DNA of 64,000 nucleotides from Rhynchopus sp. YZ270_cl-10 (taxonomy: Eukaryota). How positions within the stretch are numbered: position 1 is the first letter of the stretch; each line of letters begins with the position of its first letter. Below are positions 43,636 through 56,390 of this stretch, one piece after another. Location of the stretch: NCBI GenBank assembly GCA_964035575.1, contig OZ037841.1, positions 434,001 through 498,000 of the forward strand, read 5' to 3'. Made by a program: the position numbers and the translations under genes. Below the pieces are notes generated by a model, which was not told the DNA's origin, ran no database searches, and was given only the letters and a program-made list of their open reading frames with translations.

Positions 43636-46291
43636 CTATTCAGTCCAGCACTTCACGGTACCATCAGCCGCAGCAGAGAAGAGCCACGGCAGGTTGGGGT
43701 GGAAGCAGACGTGAAGGATTCCGACAGACCTGTGTATGTTTGGTGGATGATGTGAGAGACAAAAAAACAACGAGATTTTTTTTATTTGAGTCATAACAGC
43801 AGACTGCCACTGCTTGAAAAAGGGGTTGACCTAATCATGAAAAGTTTGGGAAAGATCTACCACTCAAGAACTCAATTTTTGGTCCTCCCATTTCAATCTC
43901 CCATTTAGACATACCCAGTCACTTTGTGTCCCTTGATGATCTTAAGCGGAACGATGAGGGGATCGGTGTTGTAGTCGTCGTACACACGCCCGTGGAAGAC
44001 GTGGATCTGGCCACTGTCGCCTGCGGACGCGAAGAGCGGGTAGACAGAGGACTGCGGGTGGAACTGCACGGTGTGCACGGACTGCTTCTGCGAGGTGAGC
44101 TTCTTGTACGGACGGTCACCCCAGTCCATGTCGTACCACATGGTGGGTCCGTCGTGCGAGCCTGCAATGATGTTATCGCCCTCGGGGTGCACGCACACAC
44201 TAGACAGCGAGTCGACCGTACCACGCAGCTTCTTCACCAGAAGGCTCTGTGCCAGGTTGTACACACGCACGCTCCTGCGGGTGGTGACCAGAAGGTACGG
44301 CTGGTTCGGGTGGAACGTTGCACTCTGCACCTGCTCCTTGAAACGCCTGAAGGGGGAAAGACTGCTTCTCCTGTGGGTGGGGGGTAGTTTTTATGGGTGC
44401 AAAGAGTGCATCGTGTAGGGGACTTCATTAGCTTTACTGCTCAAATGATATCATTGGACCTAAGATCCTGGGAGGGAAAGCTTGTAACATACAAAGTGAT
44501 CTGCATCAGGATGACCTGACGCTTCTTGATGTCTCTCGGGCAGAGGGTTGCGACGTAGTCTCCCTTCTTGTGCCAGTTGAAGTTTTTTATTCTGAAGTGG
44601 TGCACAGCCTTGACGACGAGACCGTTCTTCAGCTCCTTCTCCTCGGTGTCCAACCACTCAACGAGGTCCTTCTCGCCTGCGTCTTCCTCCTCGACTCCTT
44701 CGTCAAGCTCGTTCATAATCGCCTGGTTCTTCTCCTCCGCATCATCAACGGTCACCTCAGGCTCCATCATGGACACCATCTTGATCGCATCTGCCGCAGG
44801 CGTGCTCGCTTCCCTCTCTTTCCTTTTCTTTGCGTTCTCCAGCCCTGACCGAAGGAACTCCACAGTTGCCTCATTCGTTGCATCGCACGCACACGACCTT
44901 GGCACTGCAAACGCAAGCACCTTATCCGCACTCATCGCAAGCAAATTGTACTGCGGGTTGGGGTTCCACTCCACACACGACACTGGCGCGCGGAGGTTCC
45001 ACTTCATGACAAGACGTCCGGTGAGGACCTCGAACACTCTCGCAAAGTGGTCATCACAGGCGGTGGCGATGTACTGACCATTGTGGTTCACAGACACACG
45101 ACGAACCGGCGCTGTGTGCCCACGGTAAACAAAACCAAGCTTCTGCGGGAATGGACGCAGCTCTTCGGGGGAAGGCAGATCTGGGAGAAGCGAGTCGGGG
45201 TCGATGTTGGTCTTCTGCTTCAGCTTGCGGGTAAAGGAGAAGAGATCGAGACAACGCTGGTACCTTTCACGGAGCGCATTTCTGTAGAAGGGCACGTGAC
45301 GGAGTGAGTCAAACTTCTGCGCCACGTAGTCAGGTCTGTCAATCGGCTCTTCCGCAGCGATGGCGTCCTTCTCCTCCTGGGTGGGAAGGTACTCCAGCGG
45401 AGGGTTGTACGATTCGTCTGTCTTGGGAAGCTCTGGCTTTGGTGGTCCAATTTGCAGACGTCTCCTTCTGAGTGCCGCATTGTCCAACTCCTCCACCTCA
45501 TCGTCGTTCCACAGAAGGAATTCTGCATTCGGATCCGGCTTCGGCGGCTGTGGATGCTTCTCCATTCTACGCAGTTTTCTGACCAATTTCGCAACAATAT
45601 TCATCTCATGCTTGGACGGCGTGAACCGACTCTTTGGTGGACACCCCTTATCAAAAGGGTTTTGATCCCACTGCACAAAGTTTAACCCCTCCGGGTAGGG
45701 GTCGTAGTTCGGGTCGGGATATCTGTTCTTCTGCAAATTCAACAAAGTCTGAATGTCCTCCGGAGTCAACTGATGGCCTTCTCCGGTCAGTTTTTCGTAT
45801 ACCCGCATCATTTCGGTTGGGTCATCAAACTTTGAGATAAGCGTTGACAACGCGTCCTTAGTTTTTTTGATGATTTTGTTTCCTTCAACGTCGTATCCAG
45901 CATGGTCCTCATCGCGGTACCAGGCGAGGGGGACGTCACCTACTCTGGTAAGCTGTCCTTCTTCGTCGTCAGATGAATAGGAGTCTTCGTCTGAACGGTA
46001 TGGGTTGGCCTCAGGGTCCTCCTGCTCGCCAAGAGAGGGGAGTGAGCTTGCATCTGACTTTGCGTCGTCATCCTCTTGTGTAATAGCCTGGCTCGCAGAC
46101 GAAGCAGACCGTGCTGCGGAAGAAGAAGCAGCAGTCGATCCGCCCCTCGCGCGGGTCACAACGCGTTTCTTGACGACGCGCTTCTTCGGGGTGGTGGTGG
46201 TAGTGGGAGTAGAGGCATCCGTGTCGACCTTCACAGCAGCACCGCTGCCATCAACATTCCTTTTTTTCTTGACAACTTTGCGGGTGGTCAT
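43636..46291 (-). CDS. BOP1: Ribosome biogenesis protein BOP1/ERB1; 3 exons (46291-44493, 44370-43915, 43729-43636)
   Basis: BOP1NT motifs (GDVPLAWYRDEDHAGYD, ESYNPPLEYLP, ERYQRCLDL, LPSPEELRPFP) and WD40 repeats. Two GTATGT...CAG introns restore the frame and the C-terminus FHPNLPWLFSAAADGTVKCWTE*. Confidence 0.95.
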
Positions 46292-46629
46292 TGTGTGTTC
46301 TGTTTTGGGGGGATGGGGGTGAAAAAAGGGGGGGAGGGGGGAGGGGAGGAGAAGGAGTGAATTTTGGGAGAAAAAGAGAGGATTCTTTGAAAACGGAGAG
46401 AAAAGAAAAGGAAAAAAAAATACAAAAAAAGGACGTAGTTGCATCAAAATCTTTATAAAAGCAACTTTTATGAAAAAGGAACCTTCCCAGGGGTAGTCCG
46501 CACCTGAGTGATTTTCTTTCTTTGTGGTGTATTTTGCCCCTCCCTCCCCTCCCCCTTCCCCTCTCCCCACTATTCTGATATATTTCTATCAAAATACAGA
46601 AATACTCAAAAAACGCAGCTCTCTATCTC

Positions 46630-47187
46630 TCAGCCGCGAACCCTAACTGGTGGTGCACCTTGCACCGTTGGACCCGCCCCAACTGCATTTCTCGAACATG
46701 TAAATGTCAGATGCAGCATTGAGTTGGGGACTATTTTATTACTTTCTAGGGTGCCTTCCTCCACCGCAGTGCCCATGAGGGAGAGTCGTTGTGTGTCGGG
46801 AGGTGGGCAGTAGGTGTCGCGGATGGAGGCGACGATGAGCGCTTTGAGGTCGTTGACTGTGTCGTCCCCCGAGCAGACGAGCTCCAGGGTGTTCGCATTG
46901 ACGGCACGGTTGCCTGGGAGAATCTTGACAAAGACGTAGAAACGGCCCAAAGCATTGCATTGCTCTTCCCTCTGCGCCGCCCCGCCCCCAGCCTTGTCCA
47001 TGCTAATGAACTTGCGGTCCACAGCCTCCATCTCCTCCACCAAGCGCCGTCCGCACACCTCCACGCTCTGCAGAGAGGCCTGTTTGGCCTGCAGCTGCTG
47101 TTCTCGGAGTGCAGCCTGGCGGGCACGCTCCTCAAGGGTTGCGTCGTCGACAGGCTCGGGAGGGGAGGGTTCGGCTGGTTTAGGCAT
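46630..47187 (-). CDS. Small protein with N-terminal coiled coil and C-terminal ubiquitin-like domain
   Basis: VFVKIL...DDTVNDLKALI...PPDTQRLSLMGTAVEEGTLESNKI..NSMLHL ubiquitin-fold signature. No terminal GG. Confidence 0.75.
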   Translation of the reverse strand: MPKPAEPSPPEPVDDATLEERARQAALREQQLQAKQASLQSVEVCGRRLVEEMEAVDRKFISMDKAGGGAAQREEQCNALGRFYVFVKILPGNRAVNANTLELVCSGDDTVNDLKALIVASIRDTYCPPPDTQRLSLMGTAVEEGTLESNKIVPNSMLHLTFTCSRNAVGAGPTVQGAPPVRVRG

Positions 47188-47537
47188 TGGGAGGGGAGGA
47201 GGAGGAGGGGGAGGGGAGGGGTTTGAGTAAAAGAAGTGTAGCAAGGTCTGTAGGGGTGGCTTAGCTTTTATAAGGGGGTAGAGAGTTAATATGATCAATA
47301 TGGGTCATTGTTCGAACCTCAACACGAAACACCCCATCACAAAAAACTGAGACAACAACGAGTGAGTTATGTCTTGGAAAAGACAACTGCGCACCCCTTG
47401 CTGCTCATGATAAGTTGCGACTGTTCTTCGATCCATAAAATAATTAGAGAAAAAGAATGATAAGACGCGCCTTAGCCGTGCACGGGGCGGTGCACAACCA
47501 CTCGTCAGCCGGCGTTCACTCCATCAACGAAAACTCG

Positions 47538-49679
47538 CTAAAACACGTTGTCCCGTTCCTTGTTGTCTGACTCAACGACTCTGTAGCTAGACCCCTTGTG
47601 CCGGACAAGAACGTCTTCAAGTGCAGACGGCAGTGTTGTCCCTTCAAGAGACTCGTACAGACACACAACCCCGCCACGCACAGCCTCCTCGCACAGCGCC
47701 CAACTCCGACGCACAACATCCCCCATCACAGTCACAAAGCGCTGGCTCCGTGCACCAACATCCCCGTGCTGCACAGGGCCGCTTGCAAGACCAGCCCCGT
47801 TCAGTGCAGACTTCGCAGACATGCGCTGCACAAACCGTATCGCGTTCTCCATGTGTGCAGGTGCAGAACGCGACACGTTCCACCCAACACAGACACAGTT
47901 CCCAAGCAGCGTCACCATACTCCCTCCACTCTGCTCCAGTGAGATCGTCAGTGTCGTGAGTCTGACGCTCATTCGATCGAAAGATGTGTTGTGCCCCACG
48001 TCACCCACTGCAAGCTGTGCAACCCCCACAGTGCCAGAGACCTGGAAGGTCGAGTGTGCAAACAGCGACTGAGAGAGTTCGTGCATGGATGAAGCTGCAC
48101 TCCAGGTCGACTCCGAAAACGTTTGACTCTTGCCTAGCTGCGCAGCGGAGCGTCGCCTAAGCGAGGAAAACTCTACACGAGAAGACTCGCAAAGCGGTGT
48201 CTCCCTTCGTCCCCCAAGTGACACAGGCCACACACAGCACACCAACGTGCTCCCAGACACACCCTTCAAATGAACTGCCTCAGGCACACCAGCAACAGCA
48301 CTGCACGACTCAGACACAGACGTCCACAGGTCAGAGGGCAAAGCCACAGCACCAGGCTTGCATGTGCTCTCAAGGCGTGACGCAACGTTCACTGTGTGTC
48401 CGAAGTAGTCTGTCCGTCCCGTCAGCGTGTTCTCCTCTACAGTCACAGGGCCAGTGTTCACACCAATGCGCACAGTCAGACCACCCCACAGTGACCCCTG
48501 CCGACAACAGATTGGTGCGTCTTCAAGCAGAGACGCAGGCCAGTCTGCTTCAAACAGACGCTCCTGCACACGCAACCCAAACGCCACACCGTCGCAAGTG
48601 AATGCAAAGGCAATCATGAATGCGTCGCCAATGGTCTTCACCTCGTACCCATCACACATCCGCATCACATCACGCATCACAGCGTTGTGGATCTGCAGTC
48701 CAGCGCGCATCCCCTCAGGTGCGTTCTCCCAGATCGATGTCGACGCACGGATGTCTGTGAACACAATCGTTGCTGTCTCGCTGTCAAGCCCAGGCGGTGC
48801 CACTGCCGGCTGCTGCACACCGTCCTCTTCCACCTCGAACAGCGCAGCAGGGAGGTAGGGACGGTACTTCCGCAGGTTCTCCTCCAATCCCCTCAATGCA
48901 TCTGTCATCCCCTCAGGCAGGTCACCCTCATGCGCCTTCAGCAGCTCAGCCACCTTCTCCACGTCGTACTTTGCCAGGAGTGAGGCGATCTCCTGCACAG
49001 CGTTGATCGTCCGCTCCATTGATGTCTGCTCCTTCAGCACTTCGCGTGCAAAGCCGCGCGTCACGATGAAGTCAATCGCAAATACAGATACGGCAGTAAA
49101 TAGGCGGTCCGAAGGAAACTGTATTGGGCACGGCACCGTCTCACAGTCACTCCTCCTCTCCAAGTAATACAGCCGTCCGTACTTACCCTCCTGTGGCGCC
49201 AACCCGGGCAGGTCGAACAGACCAAACCTGAAGCTCTCCTCAACACTAAGTAGTAACAACCACATGATGACAAAACAGACAAGACCAAGACTGTACACCT
49301 TAGGCACCTGCATCACAAGCAGCATGTCGATGATGAGCACGAGTATAGGCCACTGCTCCGATGAAAAAGCTCGTCCAGCCAAATCCCACATCAGTATTCC
49401 ACATGTTATCATGTACAACGTGCCCACCACCACCCTTGTTGTCAACGGAACCCTGCACAACACTGCCCAGATCGCAATGCTGAGCCCAAGCAGTACCACC
49501 AGTGTCCCCACGAAGAAGATGGGATTTATTAGCTGCGGTTCTAAAGTCATTCCCAGAGAAAATAGCGTGGTACTCCAACCCGCACAGGCAAAGATGAAGA
49601 ACTGTGTGCGCAGCTCCTTCCTTTTTGTGCTCAGTGTCCCGTCCAAGGAGAGCACGCCATTGAGACACTGCATCCCCAT
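47538..49679 (-). CDS. Multi-pass membrane class III adenylate cyclase, copy 1
   Basis: About 6 hydrophobic segments, then TIVFTDI, EVKTIGDAFM and DYFGHTVNVASRLE (metal Asps, ATP-specifying K/D, N/R). Degenerate second cyclase-like domain. Frame stays open upstream to 49991. Confidence 0.92.
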   Translation of the reverse strand: MGMQCLNGVLSLDGTLSTKRKELRTQFFIFACAGWSTTLFSLGMTLEPQLINPIFFVGTLVVLLGLSIAIWAVLCRVPLTTRVVVGTLYMITCGILMWDLAGRAFSSEQWPILVLIIDMLLVMQVPKVYSLGLVCFVIMWLLLLSVEESFRFGLFDLPGLAPQEGKYGRLYYLERRSDCETVPCPIQFPSDRLFTAVSVFAIDFIVTRGFAREVLKEQTSMERTINAVQEIASLLAKYDVEKVAELLKAHEGDLPEGMTDALRGLEENLRKYRPYLPAALFEVEEDGVQQPAVAPPGLDSETATIVFTDIRASTSIWENAPEGMRAGLQIHNAVMRDVMRMCDGYEVKTIGDAFMIAFAFTCDGVAFGLRVQERLFEADWPASLLEDAPICCRQGSLWGGLTVRIGVNTGPVTVEENTLTGRTDYFGHTVNVASRLESTCKPGAVALPSDLWTSVSESCSAVAGVPEAVHLKGVSGSTLVCCVWPVSLGGRRETPLCESSRVEFSSLRRRSAAQLGKSQTFSESTWSAASSMHELSQSLFAHSTFQVSGTVGVAQLAVGDVGHNTSFDRMSVRLTTLTISLEQSGGSMVTLLGNCVCVGWNVSRSAPAHMENAIRFVQRMSAKSALNGAGLASGPVQHGDVGARSQRFVTVMGDVVRRSWALCEEAVRGGVVCLYESLEGTTLPSALEDVLVRHKGSSYRVVESDNKERDNVF

Positions 49680-50241
49680 CTCCCCTCCCGTCAGTGTACC
49701 TGCGTTCTTGTGGAGGGTGTGGATAAGAAAAAGTAGTTGAAACGTGCCAAAACGCGTCTCAGTCGAGCTCTTGCAAAAAATGGGGCGAGAGAGTTCCGAA
49801 CCGTAAGAGAACGGAGGCAGTTCACAACAGCTCGGCGAATCACGCGACCTCTTTATACCCCAGCCTTTATTAACGGACAAACAAAAAAGTGGGGTTATTG
49901 ATGCAGGCCCCATCTCCCCTCCCGCTGACTCACGCACCCTGAGTTTGCCTGCAAACACCGGAAAACTCAGGGTCAAAATCAGGTGGCTCATGATGAAGAT
50001 TATTTAAAAGCTTTTGCAAAGAAAACCCTCCATTCTTTTATTGAACTCGAATTGTACTCTTTTTTGTTTTTTTAAAGACACTGGATGGGGTATGTAGGTT
50101 GCCTGTGGGTGTTGGAAAACACACAAGACATCATGTATTTATATAAAAAACTGACACAATAAAACTGTGAAAAGATCACGAGTGGTCGGGTTACATAGTT
50201 TTTGTTGTCATCACCATCTATCTGCCGCATGCCACGTAGTA

Positions 50242-50520
50242 AAGGGGGGGGGGGTGGGATAATTGTAGTGGGGGATAACTGTAGAATGGCGGATAAAATA
50301 AAATATCGCCAGTTTTTTCTTCTCAAACAATGGGGGATAGTTGTAGTGGGGGATAAAAAAAAAAATATCTCTTTTTCCCCATCTGAATATCCCCATCCCC
50401 AAGGAAAATCCAAACCAAAAACGCGGTGTGGGAAATGGGGGATAACTGTAGTGGGTGATAAAATAAAACAAAATGGGGGAGAAAAAACTGGGGATAATTG
50501 TTTTATCCCCCACCCCCCTT
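50242..50520. mobile_element. 279-bp MITE with TA TSD
   Basis: TA|aaggggg..gtgggataa ... ttatcccccacccccctt|TA. Empty sites (catagtatgacaatg) in the paralogous spacers at ~53660 and ~56965. Confidence 0.9.
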
Positions 50521-50918
50521 TATGACAATGATCTGAACAAAATAAATCTGACTTGAAACACAAAGCCCTCCCATAACAGTGCACCTACGTGCATAGTTAA
50601 CCCGTTTGCTGACCCCAAAATAAAGAAGGAGGGAGTGGCTTAGCTTGTTCAATAAGGGGTAGCGTGAAATGATGAATGTGGGTCCTTGTTCGAACCTCAA
50701 CACGAAACACCCCATCACAAAAAACAGAGACAACAACGAGTGAGTTATGTCTTGGAAAAGACAACTGCGCACCCCTTGCTGCTCATGATCCAAGTTGCGA
50801 CTGTTCTTCGATCCATAAAATAATTAGAGAAAAAGAATGATAAGACGCGCCTTAGCCGTGCACGGGGGCGGTGCACAACCGCTCGTCAGCCGGCGTTCAC
50901 TCCATCAACGAAAACTCG

Positions 50919-53060
50919 CTAAAACACGTTGTCCCGTTCCTTGTTGTCTGACTCAACGACTCTGTAGCTAGACCCCTTGTGCCGGACAAGAACGTCTTCA
51001 AGTGCAGACGGCAGTGTTGTCCCTTCAAGAGACTCGTACAGACACACAACCCCGCCACGCACAGCCTCCTCGCACAGCGCCCAACTCCGACGCACAACAT
51101 CCCCCATCACAGTCACAAAGCGCTGGCTCCGTGCACCAACATCCCCGTGCTGCACAGGGCCGCTTGCAAGACCAGCCCCGTTCAGTGCAGACTTCGCAGA
51201 CATGCGCTGCACAAACCGTATCGCGTTCTCCATGTGTGCAGGTGCAGAACGCGACACGTTCCACCCAACACAGACACAGTTCCCAAGCAGCGTCACCATA
51301 CTCCCTCCACTCTGCTCCAGTGAGATCGTCAGTGTCGTGAGTCTGACGCTCATTCGATCGAAAGATGTGTTGTGCCCCACGTCACCCACTGCAAGCTGTG
51401 CAACCCCCACAGTGCCAGAGACCTGGAAGGTCGAGTGTGCAAACAGCGACTGAGAGAGCTCGTGCGCTGAGGAATCTCCACTCCTGGTCGACTCCGAAAA
51501 CGTTTGACTCTTGTCTAGCTGCGCAGTGGAGTGTAGCTTAAGTGAAGAAGGCTCTACAGGAGAAGACTCGCAAAGCGGTGTCTCCCTTCGTCCCCCAAGT
51601 GACACAGGCCACACACAACACACCAACGTGCTCCCAGACACACCCTTCAAGTGAACTGCCTCAGGCACACCTGCAACAGCACTGCACGACTCAGACACAG
51701 ACGTCCACAGGTCAGAGGGCAAAGCCACAGCACCAGGCTTGCATGTGCTCTCAAGGCGTGACGCAACGTTCACTGTGTGTCCGAAGTAGTCTGTCCGTCC
51801 CGTCAGTGTGTTCTGCTCCACCGTCACAGGGCCAGTGTTCACACCAATGCGCACAGTCAGACCACCCCACAGCGACCCCTGCCGACAACAGATTGGTGCA
51901 TCCTCAAGCAGAGACGCAGGCCAGTCTGCTTCAAACAGACGCTCCTGCACACGCAACCCAAACGCCACACCGTCGCAAGTGAATGCAAAGGCAATCATGA
52001 ATGCGTCGCCAATGGTCTTCACCTCGTACCCATCACACATCCGCATCACGTCACGCATCACAGCGTTGTGGATCTGCAGTCCAGCGCGCATCCCCTCAGG
52101 TGCGTTCTCCCAGATCGATGTCGACGCACGGATGTCTGTGAACACAATTGTCGCAATCTCGCTGTCAAGCCCAGGCGGTGCCACTGCCGGCTGTTGCACA
52201 CCGTCCTCATCCACCTCGAACAGCGCAGCAGGGAGGTAGGGACGGTACTTCCGCAGGTTCTCCTCCAATCCCCTCAATGCATCTGTCATCCCCTCAGGCA
52301 GGTCACCCTCATGCGCCTTCAGCAGCTCAGCCACCTTCTCCACGTCGTACTTTGCCAGGAGTGAGGCGATCTCCTGCACAGCGTTGATCGTCCGCTCCAT
52401 CGATGCCTGCTCCTTCAGCACCTCACGTGCAAAGCCGCGCGTCACGATGAAGTCAATCGCAAATACAGATACGGCAGTGACTAGGCGGTCCGAAGGAAAC
52501 GGTGTTGGGCAGGGTGGCGTCTCACAGGCAAACTTCTCCTCTATGTAATACAGCCGTCCGTACTTACCCTCCTGTTCAAGGAAACCGGGCAGGTCGAACA
52601 GACCAAACCTGAAGCTCTCCTCAACACTAAGCACCACCAACTATATGAGGACAAAACAGACAAGACCAAGACTGTACACCTTAGGCACCTGCATCACAAG
52701 CAGCATGTCGATGATGAGCACGAGGAAAACCCACTGCTCCATCGAGAAAGCTCGTCCAGCCAAATCCCACATGAGTATTCCACATGTGATCATGTACAAC
52801 GTGCCCACCACCACACTTGTTGTCAACGGAACCCTGCACAGCACTGCACAGATCGCAATGCTGAGCCCAATCAGTATCACCAGTGTCCCCACGAAGAAGA
52901 TGGGATTTCTTAGCTGCGCTTCTGAAGTCATTCCCAGAGAAAATAGCACGGCACTCCAACCCGCACAGGCAAAGATGAAGAACTGTGTGCGCAGCTCCTT
53001 CCTTTTTGTGCTCAGTGTCCCGTCCAAGGAGAGCACGCCATTGAGACACTGCATCCCCAT
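50919..53060 (-). pseudogene. Adenylate cyclase copy 2 with a single in-frame TAG (52641-52643)
   Basis: Same 2142-nt length as copies 1 and 3. TGG(Trp) is TAG; no frameshift; catalytic motifs intact. Confidence 0.8.
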
Positions 53061-54060
53061 CTCCCCTCCCGTCAGTGTACCTGCGTTCTTGTGGAGGGTG
53101 GTGTGGATAAGAAAAAGTAGTTGAAACGTGCCAAAACGCATCTCAGTCGAGCTCATGCAAAAAATGGGACGTGAGTGTTCCGTACCGTAAGAGAACGGAG
53201 GCGGTTCACGACAGCTCGGCGAATCACGCGACCTCTTTATACCCCAGCCTTTATTAACGGACACACAAAAAGGTGGAGTTATTGATGCAGGCCCCATCTC
53301 CCCTCCCGCTGACCCACGCACCCTGAGTTTGCCTGCAAACACCGGAAAACTCAGGGTCAAAATCAGGTGGCTAATGATGAAGATTATCTAAAAGCTTTTG
53401 CAAAGAAAACCCTCCCATTTTTTAATGAACTCGAATTGTACTCTTTTCTGTTTTTTTAAAAGACACTGGGATATGGGGTATGTAGGTTGCCTGTGGGTGT
53501 TGGAAAACACACAAGGCATCATGTATTTATATAAAAAAACGGTCGCATCCTCTGTGTTCCCTTTTGTTAGCCTGACACAATAAACTGTGAAGAGATCACG
53601 AGCGGTCGGGTTACATAGGTTTTGTTGTCATCACCATCTATCTGCCCACATGCCACATAGTATGACAATGATCTGAACAAAATAAATTTGACTTGAAACA
53701 CAAAGCCCTCCCATAACAGTGCACCTACGTGCATAGTTAACCCGTTTGCTGACCCCAAAATAAAGAAGGAGGGAGTGGCTTAGCTTGTTCAATAAGGGGT
53801 AGCGTGAAATGATGAATGTGGGTCCTTGTTCGAACCTCAACACGAAATACCCCACCTACCACAAAACTGAGACAACACAACGAGGGAGATATGTCTTGGA
53901 AAAGACAACTGCGCACTCCTTGCTGCTCATGATCCAAGTTGCGACTGTTCTTCGATCCATAAAATAATTAGAGAAAATAATGATAAGACGCGCCTTAGCC
54001 GTGCACGGGGCGGTGCACAACCACTCGTCAGCCGGCGTTCACTCCATCAACGAAAACTCG

Positions 54061-56202
54061 CTAAAACACGTTGTCCCGTTCCTTGTTGTCTGACTCAACG
54101 ACTCTGTAGCTATACCCCTTGTGCCGGACAAGAACGTCTTCAAGTGCAGACGGCAGTGTTGTCCCTTCAAGAGACTCGTACAGACACACAACCCCGCCAC
54201 GCACAGCCTCCTCGCACAGCGCCCAACTCCGACGCACAACATCCCCCATCACAGTCACAAAGCGCTGGCTCCGTGCACCAACATCCCCGTGCTGCACAGG
54301 GCCGCTTGCAAGACCAGCCCCGTTCAGTGCAGACTTCGCAGACATGCGCTGCACAAACCGTATCGCGTTCTCCATGTGTGCAGGTGCAGAACGCGACACG
54401 TTCCACCCAACACAGACACAGTTCCCAAGCAGCGTCACCATACTCCCTCCACTCTGCTCCAGTGAGATCGTCAGTGTCGTGAGTCTGACGCTCATTCGAT
54501 CGAAAGATGTGTTGTGCCCCACGTCACCCACTGCAAGCTGTGCAACCCCCACAGTGCCAGAGACCTGGAAGGTCGAGTGTGCAAACAGCGACTGAGAGAG
54601 TTCGTGCATGGATGAAGCTGCACTCCAGGTCGACTCCGAAAACGTTTGACTCTTGCCTAGCTGCGCAGCGGAGCGTCGCCTAAGCGAGGAAAACTCTACA
54701 CGAGAAGACTCGCAAAGCGGTGTCTCCCTTCGTCCCCCAAGTGACACAGGCCACACACAGCACACCAACGTGCTCCCAGACACACCCTTCAAATGAACTG
54801 CCTCAGGCACACCAGCAACAGCACTGCACGACTCAGACACAGACGTCCACAGGTCAGAGGGCAAAGCCACAGCACCAGGCTTGCATGTGCTCTCAAGGCG
54901 TGACGCAACGTTCACTGTGTGTCCGAAGTAGTCTGTCCGTCCCGTCAGCGTGTTCTCCTCTACAGTCACAGGGCCAGTGTTCACACCAATGCGCACAGTC
55001 AGACCACCCCACAGCGACCCCTGCCGACAACAGATTGGTGCATCCTCAAGCAGAGACGCAGGCCAGTCTGCTTCAAACAGACGCTCCTGCACACGCAACC
55101 CAAACGCCACACCGTCGCAAGTGAACGCAAAGGCAATCATGAATGCGTCGCCAATGGTCTTCACCTCGTACCCATCACACATCCGCATCACGTCACGCAT
55201 CACAGCGTTGTGGATCTGCAGTCCAGCACGCATCCCCTCAGGTGCGTTCTCCCAGATCGATGTCGATGCACGGATGTCTGTGAACACAATTGTCGCAATC
55301 TCGCTGTCAAGCCCAGGCGGTGCCACTGCCGGCTGTTGCACACCGTCCTCATCCTCCTCAAACAGCGCAGCAGGGAGGTAGGGACGGTACTTCCGCAGGT
55401 TCTCCTCCAATCCCCTCAATGCATCTGTCATCCCCTCAGGCAGGTCACCCTCATGCGCCTTCAGCAGCTCAGCCACCTTCTCCACGTCGTACTTTGCCAG
55501 GAGTGAGGCGATCTCCTGCACAGCGTTGATCGTCCGCTCCATTGATGTCTGCTCCTTCAGCACCTCGCGTGCAAAGCCGCGCGTCACGATGAAGTCAATC
55601 GCAAATACAGCTACGGCAGTGAATAGGCGGTTCGAAGGAAACGGTATTGGGCAGGGTGGCGTCTCACAGGCAAACTTCTCCTCCAAGTAATACAGCCGTC
55701 CGTACTTACCCTCCTGTGGCGCCAACCCGGGTAGGTCGAACAGACCAAACCTGAAGCTCTCCTCAACACTAAGTAGTAACAACCACATGAGGACAAAACA
55801 GACAAGACCAAGACTGTACACCTTAGGCACCTGCATCACAAGCAGTATGTCGATGATGAGCACAAGTGTAGGCCACTGCTCTATAGAGACAGCTCGTCCA
55901 TTCAAATCCCACATCAGTATTCCACATGTGATCATGTACAACGTGCCCACCACCATCGTTGTTGTCAACGGAACCTTGCACAACACTGCACAGATCGCAA
56001 TGCTGAGCCCAAGCAGTATCACCAGTGTCCCCACGAAGAAGATGGGATTTCTTAGCTGCGCTTCTGAAGTCATTCCCAGAGAAAATAGCGTGGTACTCCA
56101 ACCCGCACAGGCAAAGATGAAGAACTGTGTGCGCAGCTCCTTCCTTTTTGTGCTCAGTGTCCCGTCCAAGGAGAGCACGCCATTGAGACACTGCATCCCC
56201 AT
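54061..56202 (-). CDS. Multi-pass membrane class III adenylate cyclase, copy 3
   Basis: Intact 2142-nt paralog with all catalytic motifs. Confidence 0.92.
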   Translation of the reverse strand: MGMQCLNGVLSLDGTLSTKRKELRTQFFIFACAGWSTTLFSLGMTSEAQLRNPIFFVGTLVILLGLSIAICAVLCKVPLTTTMVVGTLYMITCGILMWDLNGRAVSIEQWPTLVLIIDILLVMQVPKVYSLGLVCFVLMWLLLLSVEESFRFGLFDLPGLAPQEGKYGRLYYLEEKFACETPPCPIPFPSNRLFTAVAVFAIDFIVTRGFAREVLKEQTSMERTINAVQEIASLLAKYDVEKVAELLKAHEGDLPEGMTDALRGLEENLRKYRPYLPAALFEEDEDGVQQPAVAPPGLDSEIATIVFTDIRASTSIWENAPEGMRAGLQIHNAVMRDVMRMCDGYEVKTIGDAFMIAFAFTCDGVAFGLRVQERLFEADWPASLLEDAPICCRQGSLWGGLTVRIGVNTGPVTVEENTLTGRTDYFGHTVNVASRLESTCKPGAVALPSDLWTSVSESCSAVAGVPEAVHLKGVSGSTLVCCVWPVSLGGRRETPLCESSRVEFSSLRRRSAAQLGKSQTFSESTWSAASSMHELSQSLFAHSTFQVSGTVGVAQLAVGDVGHNTSFDRMSVRLTTLTISLEQSGGSMVTLLGNCVCVGWNVSRSAPAHMENAIRFVQRMSAKSALNGAGLASGPVQHGDVGARSQRFVTVMGDVVRRSWALCEEAVRGGVVCLYESLEGTTLPSALEDVLVRHKGYSYRVVESDNKERDNVF

Positions 56203-56390
56203 CTCCCCTCCCGTCAGTGTACCTGCGTTCTTGTGGAGGGTGGTGTGGATAAGAAAAAGTAGCTGAAACGTGCCAAAACGCATCTCAGTCGAGCTCTTGC
56301 AAAAAATGGGACGTGGGTGTTCCGTACCGTAAGAGAACGGAGGCGGTTCACAACAGCTCGGCGAATCACGCGACCTCTTTATACCCCAGC

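Noticed and set aside
52641..52643. TAG reassigned to a sense codon
   Set aside because: TAG is the evident terminator of BOP1, the cyclases and the surface proteins.
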